Position numbers and translations under genes: made by a program. DNA of 64,000 nt from Chiloscyllium plagiosum (lineage: Eukaryota): assembly GCF_004010195.1 (NCBI RefSeq), contig NC_057719.1, positions 16,479,929-16,543,928 on the forward strand, in the 5' to 3' direction. Shown here piece after piece: positions 38,806-52,502 of this stretch (positions are counted from its first letter, which is position 1; every line of letters begins with the position of its first letter). The notes under the pieces were generated by a model. It did not search any database and was not told the DNA's origin. It worked only from the letters and a program-made list of their open reading frames with translations.

Positions 38806-40663
38806 TGTATAGGTACTAGTGCAGGGATTGAATATCAGTTAACCACTACATTTGTGCTCCTGCATTGCATTGAATTCTTGAACACAATGGAGTTTAAATT
38901 CAGGGAGGAGAAAGGGATACAGAGGTTCAGTGAGTTTAGTTAGTAGAAAGCATGATTTCTAAATGAGGAAACAATTGCAAGGAAGGGTGATGTTCAATTT
39001 CTGGTGTGTCAACCTTTACCAAGTTAAACTGTCATTTCAGAAATGAGGGTACCTTTCCATTGCCTGCTGCCTTTTCCCTTTTTGCGTCTGAAACTTCATT
39101 CGCTTGGGTCGTGAATGGCTCTCCTTTCATTTGCTCTGCTCTTTCAAAACAACAACACAAAGGGCCCTGAAAAGAGCGTGACAGTTGTTTTGAAATCTTG
39201 GGGCAGGAGGGGTCAGCTTAGGGGAGAAAGGTCCTTCTTTCGTATCTGTCCTTTGTCTTGGTAATTGATTCCAGCTGATTTGGGGGACCCTGGAGCCTGG
39301 TGGGTGAATGGTGTTGAAGTAGTGAATTCGTGGGCAGGCGCAGAGAGAGAGAGCAGAAAGAGATTGATTGCTGCAAACTGCCTGTGTACTATCTCTCGTG
39401 GTAAACTCTATCTACATTGTCATTGGCTGTTGCATAGCAGCTGTAACTCAGTGATTTACAAAATGCTCCAAACAGAAGGGTCCAAGTAATAATAGTCCTC
39501 CAACGGTGACCTACCTGCGTGTACCCAGCAGTGAGGCAGTTTCATTGAGTTTAATGCAGGAGATTGGATTAGAAAGCAATTGGGCACTTGCATTATTAAT
39601 GGTAATTATAAAATTGAGATTAAACATTTTTGAACAATTTAGCACAGCTATTGAAGATCTTTACAACAGAGATTTTAAAAAATGAATCAGTTTCTCCCCC
39701 ACCCTGCCACACACACTTACGTTTTCCCCTCAAGGCATTAACTAATGCTGTGATACCGTTAGATGAGCAACAGCTGTCCAAGTGACCCCAGATAATGCTG
39801 ACAGCTTGCTTGGCTTTCAAATGTGTTCTAACTGAGCCCAAGCTCTTTTCAATTTCATTTTCCAAATTTCCTCTTGACTCTTGTCCAGTCAACCATAAAG
39901 TGGCACATTTCTTTTTGTACATCATTCTTGACAATGATCAGACCCCAGTTTGAACTTGAATATCGGTTTGCAGTGGTGAAGCAATTTTTAAGGTTCAGAT
40001 GTGATTTTCCTAATGTTTGATTTGTAACATAATTTTGCTCAGTGCCTAACATCTAGCGTCAAATGTTTTTCTTCCTGAGGGAGTTGGGTAGTGTTCTTTG
40101 TACTGATCTTTGTACTTTTGATACCAGTCTCATTGACACACAACAATGAAAGATCAGGCCTCTGGAGTGTACCGAGATGGAAGTTGAGTTGAGCACAATG
40201 CACACATCCTTCTGGGAGTAATGTTAAGGCTACTTTGAATAATGTAACTTGAGTAATGGATTTAACCGATGCTGATATTTTTGTTTCATCCTGGGATGAA
40301 AATGAAAATTCAAGGACAAGAAAAGCAAACTTCAATGAAAAATGTACCTAGTTGCCAGATTAAGGCCTGGAAAATTGGCAGAGGTTCCAACTCTTAAGAT
40401 GCTATTGAAAATAATCTGTCTACTGTAGATACACAGGAGTTGGGTCATGGTGAGCTCAAGATGTAGATTTGTCTCCATTCGACTAACCCACCTGTAGTTG
40501 AATTGCTAGCTGATAACTCGGTCATTGTTGAGTTTCATGTGTAGAACAGTCACATGGTGAAGCATTGACGTGAGTGGTGACAATGAAATTCTAGCCAGAA
40601 AAGAATCATAAATTTTTGGCTTAGGTGGGAGTAGATTGGCAAGTAGGAAGCTGGAGGAGGGAA

Positions 40664-40983
40664 GGTTAAGAATCACACAAAACCAGGTTATAGTCCAACA
40701 GTAGTCAATGATTTGGAGATGCCGGTATTGTGTTACAATCGAGCCCTCCACAATCACCTGATGGAGCGTCGCTCCGAAAGCTAGTGTGCTTCCAATTAAA
40801 CCTATTGGACTATAACCTGATGTTGTGTGATTTTTAACATAGTCCAACAGGTTTATTTGGAAGCACTAACTTTTGGAATGCTGCTCCTTCATCACCTAGT
40901 GCTTCCAAATAAACCTGTTGGACTGTAACCTGGTGTGATTCTTAACTTTGTCCACCCCAGTCCAACACCACTCATCCACATCA
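40664..40983. mobile_element. Compound/nested PLE mini-elements (GGAGC family) with two damaged hammerheads
   Basis: Plus strand has CAC-CTGATG-GAGC-GTC-GCTCC-GAAAGCTA-GTG at ~40755-40786 (core deletion). A degenerate minus copy lies at ~40864-40895, with repeated AATCACACAA/TTGTGTGATT arms. Confidence 0.75.
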
Positions 40984-42009
40984 AAGAGGAGGCAGTGATG
41001 ATCAGTAACTATGTGCAGCGTCATTGCAGATGTAAATGATGCATCCTTCAGTTTGCTGAGCAGGGCCAATATAAACGTTTCTGCTTGGATCTGGATAATC
41101 CATTTGTGTGCTTGGCAAGGGTCAGGGAATCTGTACAATGGAACGAGGGCTGGGAAGTGATCAGGCACAATGTAATTCAATGCTTGGATTAGGCATGCAT
41201 TCATATTGAGATGGCAGGACAGAATTCCGAGCCCCCTCCCCCACTGCTCTTCTGTCTCATGTTAAAAGTGCTTCCAACTCAGTGGGTGCTCAGATGCTTC
41301 CATGGTTGTCAGGTTTACGGACTGACTGGAGTAGGGAAACCATAATGCGGCCTTGCAACGACCAAACTGAAGTTGTTGAGCTCTAACTAATTTGATAGTA
41401 AACCGTATCTCATAAAGCTAATAAGCCCCTCCACAAAAGATACACTCGGAGCCTTTGATATGATTCGAGTGCAGGTAATAAAGACTGATGAATTTCCTCA
41501 GTGAACACAAGCTTTGTAAGGAATGTACAACTGCATTGTGTGTGGGGTGGGGTGGGGGTGGGGTGCAGTGGTGTACTTTCGAGAGAATGTTAATGCAGAA
41601 GCACTTTTCTCACTGGGCTGAAACATTTTAATGTTTGTGTGTGTGGTAGCTCTTTAATTCCTGCCACCCCCCCTCATTCTCTCTGTTCTCTCTCCCTTCC
41701 CACCACGGCTGCAGGTCATGAGATTACATTGTGTGGGTTGGTGAGCAGGTTCCCATAATGAGGATTGGCAAGCTATACAGTGTCTGTTTTGAGATGCAGA
41801 TGCGAATAAATGGCCCTCAGGGATGTCCAGGCACTTTTGTCTTTTTGTGGACAATGAAAATGAGCATTGTGTTCTCTCTTACAGTATAAGCCAATGTTGC
41901 ATTTAATTGGCATGGACCTGAATTTGCTGACACTGAAAGACTTTTTCTCTTTTCAAATTTTAGATTTATCTAGCAAAGTTTGAAAAAAAGGTCCTTTTTA
42001 AAACTTGCA

Positions 42010-42775
42010 GAGTCATAGAGATATATAGCATGGAAACAGACCCTCCAATCCAACTTGTCCATGTCGACCAGATATCCTAAATTATTATAGTCCCATTTGC
42101 CAGCACTTGGCCCATATCCCTCTAAACCCTTCCTATTCATATACCCATCCAGACGCCATCTAAATGCTGCAATTGTACTAACTTCCACTATGTCCTCTAG
42201 CAGCTCATTTCATACATGAACCATCCTCTGCGTGAAAAAGTTGCCTCTTAGGTGTCTTTTAAATCTATCCCCTCTCAAATTTAACTTATGCCTTCTAGTT
42301 CTGGACTCCCCTAGTCCACGGATAAGACCTTGTCTATTTATCCTATCCATGCCCCTCATGATTTTATAAACCTCTTGAAGGTCATCCCTCAGCCTGTGAC
42401 ACTGCAGAGAAAACAGCCCCAATCTATTGAGCCTCTCCCTATAGCTCAAACCCTCCAACCTGGCAACATCCTTGTAAATCTTTTCTAACTTTTTCAAGTT
42501 TCACAACATCCTTTTGATAGGAGGGAGACCAGAATTACAAACAATATTCTGAAAGTGGCCTAACCAATGTCATGTACAGCTGCAACATGACCTCCCAACT
42601 CCTATAATCAATGCTCTGACCAACAAAGGAAGGCATACCAACGCCACCTTCACTATCCTATCTTCCTGCAACTCTACTTTCAAGGAACTATGAGATTGCA
42701 CTCTCAAGATCTCTTTGTTTAGCAACACTCCCCAGGACCTTACTATTAAGTGCGCAAGTCCTGCCCTGATTTCCC
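42010..42775 (-). mobile_element. CR1 3' fragment
   Basis: LEGLSYRERLNRLGLFSL..RLRDDLQEVYKIM plus 3'UTR. Confidence 0.88.
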
Positions 42776-43394
42776 TTCAGGCAAAATTTCAAAAGTGGCA
42801 ATCAGGATAAACATCTGTACTTCTGGTGGTTAGCTATCAGTTGGTCCCACTCTTGTCTTGGAATCAGAAGGTCATAGATTCTTCCCCACTCAAAATCTTG
42901 AGTATAAAAGTCTTTCAAGTGACATTCTATGTATGATTGAGGGAGTGATGTATTGCTAGAAGTGTCATCTTTCAGCCAATGTTAAACCATCTCTATCTCC
43001 TTGTGTGAGATCCCATGGCTTTTTTCAGATACCACTGCTGCCAGCATGTGGTTTTTCTGCTGTGAGTAGTTTACTGCCACAAATTCTCCAGGAACTGTCT
43101 CATTATTGGTCAGAAAAGTTCTACATTAACGCAGTACTTCCATTCTCGTGCAACTCTGTGCTCTAAGAAAATTGCGTAGTAGCAGCACCATTTAAACTAT
43201 TGGGGCCAGAATCCTGTTATAACCAATATACGCTTTAAAAGTTCATGCTTTAGAAAAAGTGTCCCCAATTCATCGATCGTGTTACAGTGAATTCGCATTA
43301 ATGAAATGCATGTTATAGCAGAACAACCTGCAGTGGAGGATTGACCACTGCTGAGTCTAAACAGACGAGGCACTTGCCTTACAAAATTAAAATT

Positions 43395-44735
43395 ATAGAG
43401 TCCATACAGTTTAGAAAGGGCCCTTTGGCCCATCGAGTCAACACCGATACATGAGAAACAACTGACCTTCAACCTAATCCCATTTACATGCCCATCGCCT
43501 TGAATGTTATTGATGTCTCAGCTAAATATTTCTTAAAGGATGTGAGGCAACTCTCCTCTACCACCCTCTTAGGCAGTGCACTACAGTCTGTCACCACCCT
43601 GTGGGTAAAAAGGCTTTTCCTCACATTCCCCCTAAATTTCTTGCCCTTCACTTCGAACACATGTCCCCTTGTGCCTGACCCTTCAACTAAGGTGAACAGT
43701 TACTCCTTATTCACTCTGTTCCTGGCCCTCATAAACTCTTACACCTCAATCAGATCATCCCTCTGTCTTCTCTGCTCCAATGAAAACAGCCCAAGCCCAT
43801 CCAACCTTTCTTCATCCCTTAAATATTCTTTCCCAGACAGTATCCTGGTGAATCCTCTGCACCCGCTCCAGGGCAATCACATCCTGTAATGTGGCAACCA
43901 GAACTGCAAACAACACACTAGCTGTGGTCTTTATCTAATGCCTCAATTGATAGTGTCCCATATGCCTTTTTCACCATCCTATCAACATGCCCTTCTGCCT
44001 TCAGAGGTCTATGGACAAATACACCAAGGTCCCTCTGCACCACATGCCCTGATGTTTACTAAAGACTTTCTGGTGAAATTACTCCTTTCAAAGTGTATCA
44101 CCTCATATTTTTCAGGGTTAAATTCCATTTGCCACTTATGCCCATTTGACAACCTTGTTTATATCATCATGTAGTCTAAGACACTCCACCTCACTGATCA
44201 ATCTTTGTGTCATCCACAAATTTACCAATCCAATCCCCTACCTTGGTCATCTATGTTATTTATATAAATGATCAATAAAAGGGAACGCAGCACAGATCTC
44301 TGTGATATGTCACTAGACACTGGCTTTCACTCATTAAAGTAGCCTTATGTTATCACCCTCTGTCTCCTACAATGGAGCCAATTTTCAATCAACCTTATCA
44401 AATTACCTTGTATCCCATGTGCATTTACATTCTTCATAAGTCTCCGATGTGGGACTTTGTCAAAGGCTTTGTTGAAGTCCCTGTTAAACTTAAATCAACT
44501 GCATTACCCTCCTCTAAATACCTGATCACCTGGTCTCATTCCTGAAGAAGGGCTCATGCCCGAAACGTCGATTCTCCTGCTCCTTGGATGCTGCCTGACC
44601 TGCTGCGCTTTTCCAGCAACACATTTTCAGCACCAGTTCAATCAAACGTGTTAAGCATGACCTTCCTCTGACAAAGCAATGCTAACTATCCCTGATCAAA
44701 CATTGTCTCTCCAAATGAAGATAGATACTAGCCTT
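43395..44735 (-). mobile_element. Older CR1-like LINE fragment (different subfamily)
   Basis: Decayed RT text (minus: GACTTCAACAAAGCCTTTGACAAAGTCCCACAT = DFNKAFDKVPH) and a CR1-like 3'UTR. Confidence 0.75.
44535..44631 (+). mobile_element. PLE mini-element with intact hammerhead core (44542-44569), sense to CCDC85C
   Basis: AUUC-CUGAAGA-A-GGGC-UCAU-GCCC-GAA-ACGU-C-GAUU, then a family tail nearly identical to 13367-13430. Confidence 0.8.
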
Positions 44736-45527
44736 CAGAACTTTAGATAGAAGTTTGTATATTACATGAAAGTAATAGATACAGATTACATTGTGATGCT
44801 AAGGATTCTCCAGGAGCTGTACAGGATATATCTGCTTCCTTTGATTACTGTCAGAATCTGATGGTCTCTATCCAAAGATTTTGTTACATCATCAGATTGG
44901 GTGGAACTCAATATAACATGAACATTAACTCCTTCAAAGCATTTATCATACGTGACAGGCTCAATTTTGCATGATTGCGATGTTATTTCCCCAGTTCCTG
45001 GCCAGTATTTATCAGAAAACACTGGATGATTGTTTATTTTCACAATGTTTGTGGGAGCTTGCCATGCGCAAATTAGATGTCACATTTTGCCCATTGCCAT
45101 AGTGACTAGAATCAACATTTGGTTAATTTCTTGATAATGTGCCATGCTTGTGAAACGTACTATATAAAATTGTATCAGGTTCTTAAATTGAAATGCAAGA
45201 TTCGGGGACTATCTGTTGTTAAAAACTCTGCTGGACTATTCTTAGCTGATACACTGCACAGAATTGAGATATTAATGTGAAATTATTAATAATATTTTCT
45301 CATTAATACCTCAATTTTTTTGATCAACCCAATAGCCACCCTTTTAAGACCTCTGAACATATGATATCCATGGGTAAGTTAAAACATATTTCTATATTTA
45401 ACTATATAAACTATTTACTCAAAACGTTTTAATATAATCATCTTTAAATTGTATTTTAGTTTTTGAAAACATCAACATGCAGAACACCTTTTAATAGAAT
45501 GAAATCCCTAACACACTTCAGCAGAGG

Positions 45528-45707
45528 ATCTACAATACAAAACACCACATCAGGCGATGGTGAATTTGATGACTGAGGGTTGGAATTGAACCCGGGTCTC
45601 TGGCGCTGCGAGGCAGCAGTGCTAACCACTGTGCCACCGTGCCGCCCACAAATCTACAATACAAAACACCACATCAGGCGATGGTGAATTTGATGACTGA
45701 GGGTTGG
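45528..45707. repeat. 56-bp perfect direct repeat flanking a 68-bp SINE head (45584-45651, minus)
   Basis: ATCTACAATACAAAACACCACATCAGGCGATGGTGAATTTGATGACTGAGGGTTGG at 45528-45583 and 45652-45707. Confidence 0.92.
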
Positions 45708-45709
45708 CT

Positions 45710-45945
45710 CAAAGAGATATGTTTTAAGAGATGCTTTCATGGTGGAAGGTGAGTGGTTAGGAGGGAATTTCAGAGCTTCAAGCCCGAACAAATGAAGGTC
45801 ACCAGCGATTGAAGAATTATCACAGGAAGTAGCCAAGAAGTCACAATGAGACGAGTTCAGATATCTTGGAGGGTTGTGGGGTTGGAGAAGATTAGAGATG
45901 TGGACAGACAAGGTCATGGAGGGATTTGAAAACAAGGTGAGTGTT
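45710..45945 (-). mobile_element. L2-like LINE 3' fragment
   Basis: ISNLLQPHNPPRYLNSS...LKTYLF resembles the L2 ORF2 C-terminus. Confidence 0.55.
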
Positions 45946-46064
45946 TTAAATAAACATATTGTAAAGCTTACTGGAAGGTGTTCAGTTGTGTCAACTGGAC
46001 AGAATAAATATTCAGAGCTTCACTTGATACCTGGTAACTCTTAGGTAAAGTGGAAGAATCTAGT

Positions 46065-46072
46065 TTTTCTCT

Positions 46073-46114
<42 letters not shown>

Positions 46115-46128
46115 GGTGTGTGTGTGTC
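46065..46128. repeat. (CT)n(GT)n microsatellite
   Basis: Read directly. Confidence 0.9.
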
Positions 46129-49032
46129 TTTCCCCAATGCAAGGTTGGATACTTGTATCAAAAATGTGACTGGGATATCATATTAGAGTCATAGAGATGT
46201 ACAGCACAGAAACAGACGTTTTGGTCCAACTCGTCCATGCCGACCAGATACTCTAAATTAATCTGGTCCCATTTACCAGCATTTGGCCCATATCCCTCCA
46301 AACCGTTCCTGTTCATGTACCCATCCAGATGCCTTGTAAACGTTGTAATTATACCTCTTGTGGATCTATTCAATATCTTGAAAAATCCATGTATGTTCAC
46401 CTAAAAGTACTATGTCTAACAAAAGCATTGCAGTATAAAGATAAAAACAGAAAATATTGGGAGCCCTCAGCAAATACTCTGCACTATAGGGACTGTTTAG
46501 CCATCGTAACTCTCATGTGTTAACAGCATTGATGAGTTTGGACTCTTTTGTGCACGGAATATCTCCCCAGTGTATACAGTCCTATTCAGCTCTTTCCACC
46601 AGCTTCTAAACAGTGACAACTAGATTGACTTATGGGCGGTGGTAATGAATTTTATTAAACAACAAAAAGTAAAGAAGGCTTGAAAATTGCGTCTCCATGT
46701 CTTTTCTGTTTTTAAAATGGGATTGCCTATAATTAAATTCTATTTATACTCACACATAGTTGTAGACATATGAACTACATGAGCCAGGAACTACTCTTAC
46801 TTATGTTACTGGAGATGGTTACAGCATATTTAAACCCCAGAGCTTTAACCAGACTGTTTTTGTTATATATAGACGTTTCTTTGGGTTTACATTGCTGTGA
46901 AGATGTCAGCCTTTGCTGTGCGGTAGCATTGTCTGCCTCAGAGATGGAAGGTTCAGAGCATAAATTTTGTTGTGCAAGGGCAGCGGTTTTGGAGGTACCA
47001 GCTATGTAGTGAAGCAATGAACAGGTATCCTATTCGCCCTCAGTACCCAGAGCAGATCCCTTAACAATACTTTCAAGACTGGCAGGGACAGCTTTCAATA
47101 GTGTCCTGGCTGATTTTCATCCCTCAGTGTCATTAAAATTGAACATTTGGCCATTATCATTTGTGGGACCTCACTGTATTTTGCATAATAGAATGATGGT
47201 AAGGTGTCAGAAGCACAGGGGATTTATGATTACAAGTTTGCTATTCCGATTTTTTTTGTTGGCTACCAAACATCATGTCACACTGTGTGCGTTCAGTTGA
47301 GCAAGGACTGTGCCTCTGCCAGGAGCTTAAATAATAATCTACCTCCAAACTCACCATTTGAATCACATGGCTGACTATGAAACAGAATGGATACAGGCAC
47401 AAGAGGTCCTTGCCTTTCCATTTTCTGGGACTGGGGAATAGTGATGGATATGTCACCTCATCAAAGGCACACCCTATAAAAACAAGTTGCTGATGATAAT
47501 GAGATGAGGGAAAACCTTGATTTCCACCGGAATAGTGATCATTGATCCCAGTTCAGATTGGTAGCTCATAGCAGAATAATTTGTCAACGACTCAAAGTAA
47601 TGATAGTAAGCATCAAGTAGAGAAATCAGAGTAAGTTTTGTATGTAATGGATTTGACATGCTGTTTAAATAACACTGCAATTGTACATTCTCAACAAGAT
47701 TCTGATTCATTCTGGGCATAAACAAAGAAATTGACCCAGAGACTATAAGGTCAGTGTTTGTACAATAAAATGTTCAGTGGCTGGAAGTTTGATGCAGGCA
47801 TACAACTGGCCCAGTCTTTAGCTTGGTCTGTTTGTACAAAGGTGATTTGAAAGAGTGTAATTTTCCTCGAGAAAAGCCTTGCCAAAAATGTTTCTTTCTT
47901 CTTCTCTATCTCTGCCTTCAAAGAAAATTAAAGGTTTGCCAAATACTTTTCATGCAGTTTACTCATTAAAGGAAAGTAAGTGGTACTGCTGCTGCATTAT
48001 GTTCCCAACACTATGTAGATTTTGTACTAATTGTCACACTGCAATATTACCACTGCTCCTGAGATAATTAAGTTGTCTATCAAATTACCCCTGATCAGTA
48101 AAATCCATTAAATACCCTGGGAAGCTGTTGTAGGTATAAGGTAATGGTTCTAAAAGACTTCATGTTGAAGACTGCATAAAGTTCCACCCATTCTGCTGAT
48201 AACCTCAGGACTTGGGTGGAGAAAGGCAGGATATCTTAGTATCTTATAGAATGGAGTCACAGGACTCCTGATTATCTTGGCAAAAATATGGAACTTAGAA
48301 CCTGGTATAAAGTTACATCACCATCTTGAAATAAACTACATCTTGTTAAAGACAAGAACCTCTTCTCATTAAGAAGCACTTGTGGTTTTCTTCTACCATG
48401 GGGGAACCAACTGGGAGCTTAGACCAAGTCAACCAAAGAGGATAATGGCAGCAAACAACACCAACCACATGTTGGCATTGCAGCACGAACAACAGTTTCC
48501 AGAAGAAATCAGCAAAAGTCTCTGTTGGTGAAGCAAAATAACTCTGTGCTTTTCTGTTATAAATACCAGTTGTTGTGGTGCAAATCCTAGAAGATACCTG
48601 TGGGGATTATGGAGTTGCTACATTGAGGTGTGGGAAATAGTACAGGCTCATTCTGAATTTTCAGCTTGGGTTGTTGAAGGGGCATATTCCATTCATACTT
48701 AAGAAGCTACAGCAGAATTTTGAACCTGATGATGACTCTTAGGTTTGGAATATCCATATTTGTTTACTCGTCATCCAGTGCAGCTATCACTTTCCACTTC
48801 TCCAAAAATAAAAATTGCATCTTTTTTTACAATAGCTGCAAGGTCAAATTCCTTACAGGAGTTGGTTGGAATGTACAGACACAATTTTATATTTACAGAT
48901 CTTCATCCATGACCCCATGAAGATAAGGAAAGCACAAGGCAGGCTGCTGAAACGTCAGCCCACCTGAAACATGACAATGGTGGTATGCTGGCTGAGACCC
49001 AGCCTCTTGGCCAACACATGTTCACTTCACAG

Positions 49033-49256
49033 TTCTCTCTTTCTCTCTCTCTCTCTGTTTCACTTTCTTTCTCTCTCTCTCACCCTCTGTCTCTCTTCCT
49101 CTCTTTCTCTAAACCCCTCTCCTCCCTCCCTCTGTCTCCTCTCTTTCACTCCCATCCCTCTCTTTCCTCTTTCTCTGTCCTCCCCACCTCTCTCCCTCCC
49201 TTTCCCTCCCCCTCCCTCCCTCTCCCTCCCTCTCCCTCTCTCCCCACTCCCTCTCA
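49033..49256. repeat. ~220-bp polypyrimidine low-complexity tract
   Basis: Almost only C and T on the + strand. Confidence 0.9.
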
Positions 49257-51355
49257 TTTACACATTGTGAAAGCAGACGTTAGGCACATTTGGGCGGGCA
49301 GTTCAAATTATCCCTGAATTGAAAGTGGTGTGACTGATCAAAATGATGTGTGGTCAAGGCTAGCCCTTAAAAGTGCTAGCACATTAATCCCACTCCACTG
49401 TTCTTTCCTCATCGTTTTGACAATTCCTTTTCTCTTTGGAGATATTTTCCCACATTTCCTTGTAGGTTAGATTCTTGAAAGAGTCCCAACTGTGCAAAAA
49501 AACCTTACTGTTAAAATTCAGCTCCAGCGAGAAGGTATCCATGGAATGATGCCCTCTTGTATGTTTGCTTTCATGGGGTATGGGCATCCCACGTGGGCAA
49601 GACAAGCAGTTTCTGTCCATCCATAAGTACCCCTTGAACTGAGAGGCTGGTTCAGCCATTTCAGAGGGTAGTTAATAGTCAACCACATTATGTACGTCTG
49701 GAATCACATATAGGTCAAACTTGAAGTCGGCAGATTCTCTCTCTAAAGGACGTGAGTAAAACCAGATTTTATAACCATAAATGATACTTTCATGGTCTTA
49801 TGCTGAAATTAGCTTCTGATTTCAGATTTTATTTACCGAATTCAAGTTTCACCAGTCAATTTGAGCTCATGTCCCCAGAGCATTGGCCTGGGCCTCTGGA
49901 TCACATGCCCAGTGACAGTGCCACTGCCTTCCCCTTACTGTAGTGAGGTTTGGTCAAGTTATTTCTGCGTTGAAAGTGGCATTCATCAATGACCGTGATT
50001 GAAAGATTGGTGCTGTTATCCCAGCACGCTCCTCTGAAGTGACTTAAACAATGAACATGAATTGAAGTTTGTAGCCACTGTTTAGATTAGATTAGATTCC
50101 CTACAGCGTGGAAACAGGCCCTTCGTGCTATGAACTGAGAATTGTAAGGGAACAGTAACATCAAATTAGGCTAAGTTTCTGCAGAACATTCTTTCAAATA
50201 GCAAGTTGCCTAAGCAGGACCCTGTCACTACGCACCAGATTTCCACAAAGGGATTTCATAACCTTGCATTAATCACAATGAAGAGAATTCTGTGTAGGGC
50301 ACTGACATAAGTACAAAATAATAGTTGGCCAATAGAGAGTTTACCAGCAATAAAACAGAGCAGTTCTGATGATGGACACTGCAGGAGCAAAGCATGAGCA
50401 GCTTTTGAATGTCAGGGGAAGCCTGAGATGGAATTACTGTGAGATATTGTTCCTATATTCATGGCTTGATTCATTATGGGTGATGCCAGGAAATTGCAAT
50501 GTGCTAAAAGTGGGTAACTCGATATTCTGTTTGTGTCGAGGTAGTGAGCCATTCCCACACAGTTCCAGACTGGTAATTCAGGATCAGGTCAGGTTTATCT
50601 CGTGACCAATTAACAAAACAAGATGGAGTTGGACCATGCTACAAAACAAAATCACAAGCAAGTTCTCATTTGACATTGAGGTTTCTCCATGAAACTCTGG
50701 TTGAGGAGCCTGATGACCCTGAAAAGTCTAATGAATTGTTTCTCTAGCTGAACCTGCATAGCAATGCCGCAGTACAGCACATAAACACATCAGAGACCTT
50801 TTGACTGCACTGATGACCTGGCAACTTCATTGCGCTTTCCTGACAAAAGACTGTTAAGCAAAACAAGATTACTGAGGTTTTCCAGACCAACATTTTCGAT
50901 GACTTTTAATATTGGGCAACTGTAAGGTGTGAACAAATTGAAAAATAGATACTTTGCACATATCTACTGTGTCAGTGATTTTAATTTTTATTTGACATGG
51001 AACAGAATTGTCAGCAAAACCCTCGTCTGTTACCTCAATAGTCCACTTAATGTGAATTTGTGGGCAGTGTGACTAAATTTGTCACAGTTTTCTGCAGACG
51101 GTAAGCCATTATGTAGGATACGTTAATAGGGTTGGAAGTTGGAGAGGTTTGCGTGAAGTATAAATACTGGTATGGTTCAGTGGGTCGGCTGAATATTTTT
51201 GTGCTGTACCTTTATCTTTTTGTATTTTGTAAGTAATAATTATCCTTTTTTATAATCGATGTAGCAATTGTCCACTGTTCATTTCTTCATGGAAATCACA
51301 CCTTCCTCATCATAAAGATCTAAGAATGGATGCTGTGTTTGACTAATAAGTGTCT

Positions 51356-51484
51356 CTAGGAGAAAGTGAACACTGCAGATGCTGGAGATCAGAGTCGAAG
51401 AGTGTGGTGCTGGAAATACACAGCCAGTCATGCAGTATCCGAGGAGCAGGAGAATTGATGTTTTGGACATAAGTCCTTTCATTC
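51356..51484 (-). mobile_element. PLE mini-element with 13-bp TSD, degenerate HHR
   Basis: CTAATAA(G/A)TGTCT at 51343-51355 and 51485-51497. The family end GAGAAAGTGA..ACTGCAGATGCTGGAGATCAGAG is present. Confidence 0.75.
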
Positions 51485-51554
51485 CTAATAAATGTCTATT
51501 TCCACTGAACCTCTTTTTTGGAAGTAAGTAAATCTGAAGGGATTGAATAAGATG

Positions 51555-51855
51555 AATAGAATCCCTACAGTGCAGGAGGATGCCATTTGGCCCATCAGTC
51601 TGCAACGGCCCTCCAAAAAGCATCCAGTCTCCCACCCCCCATCCCCATAACCCTACATTTTCCTAATCTGTGCATCCCCAGACTCTAAACACAATTCCCC
51701 ATGGCCAGTCCACCTAACCTGAACATCTTTGAACTCTGGGAGGAAACCAGAGCACCCAGCAGAAACAGGGAGAATGTGCAAACTCCACACCCAAGGCTGG
51801 AATCAAACCCAGATCTATGGCACTGTGGCTAAACCAATGTGCCACCATGCCACCT
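51555..51855 (-). mobile_element. Old V-SINE copy (another on + at ~55168-55430)
   Basis: GGAGGAAACCAGAGCACCC...GAGAATGTGCAAACTCCACAC V-domain complement. Confidence 0.7.
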
Positions 51856-52502
51856 CCCATGGTTTGGGATACAGTGGGGTTGTGAATTCTAGTTGAGTGA
51901 ATTGCTAAACCTTTGACCTAATGATATCTAATCAACAAATCGTAGGCCATGTGGACAAAAGACAGTGCTCCCAGAGGTGAGCTGAGAATGACTGGTATTG
52001 TGCCTACCTTGAAGCCAGAATGTCTGGGTTCAAGTTTGCCTGCCCCAGGGGTGCGTTGTAACACATTTGAATGGATTCTGTTAAAGGAGGTGGATCATAA
52101 AATGTCCAAACAGGTTGATTAAACATAACTATAGCTCTGGGATTCTAAGTTAGTTGTTGTTTGACCTGCAGAAAGCAGGTGTCTGGACTGAGCCTGTCTT
52201 GAAGCCACTGTGTGTGTTTCTCTGGGTTATTGTCATTCATGAATTTTTTTTCTTAATACTGCTAGATTTACCACAACTTTGTACTTATAACCAGGTAATC
52301 TCCCCTTGTTCTGTCTTCCTAATTTCATGAGTGTTTTTCTTTTGTGTGTGTATGTGGAATAGTAAAGTAATTCCACCCCCTCAACTGCATGGTCTGTTAA
52401 TAAACACGGTTTTTGAATTAACCTCAAAGGATTTTGTTGTGGAATCTGAAAACCAGAGTTGGTAATACCCTTTGGCCTAACTCAAGTAGTTTGCAATTTA
52501 AG

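Noticed and set aside
39463..39491. Alternative first coding exon (ATG CTC CAA ACA GAA GGG TCC AA|GTAATA)
   Set aside because: The donor is weak and phase 2, incompatible with the phase-1 junction of CCDC85C exon 1. There is no other support.
48971..49317. Leu/Ser/Pro-rich and Arg/Glu/Gly-rich ORFs
   Set aside because: They are translations of the CT low-complexity tract.
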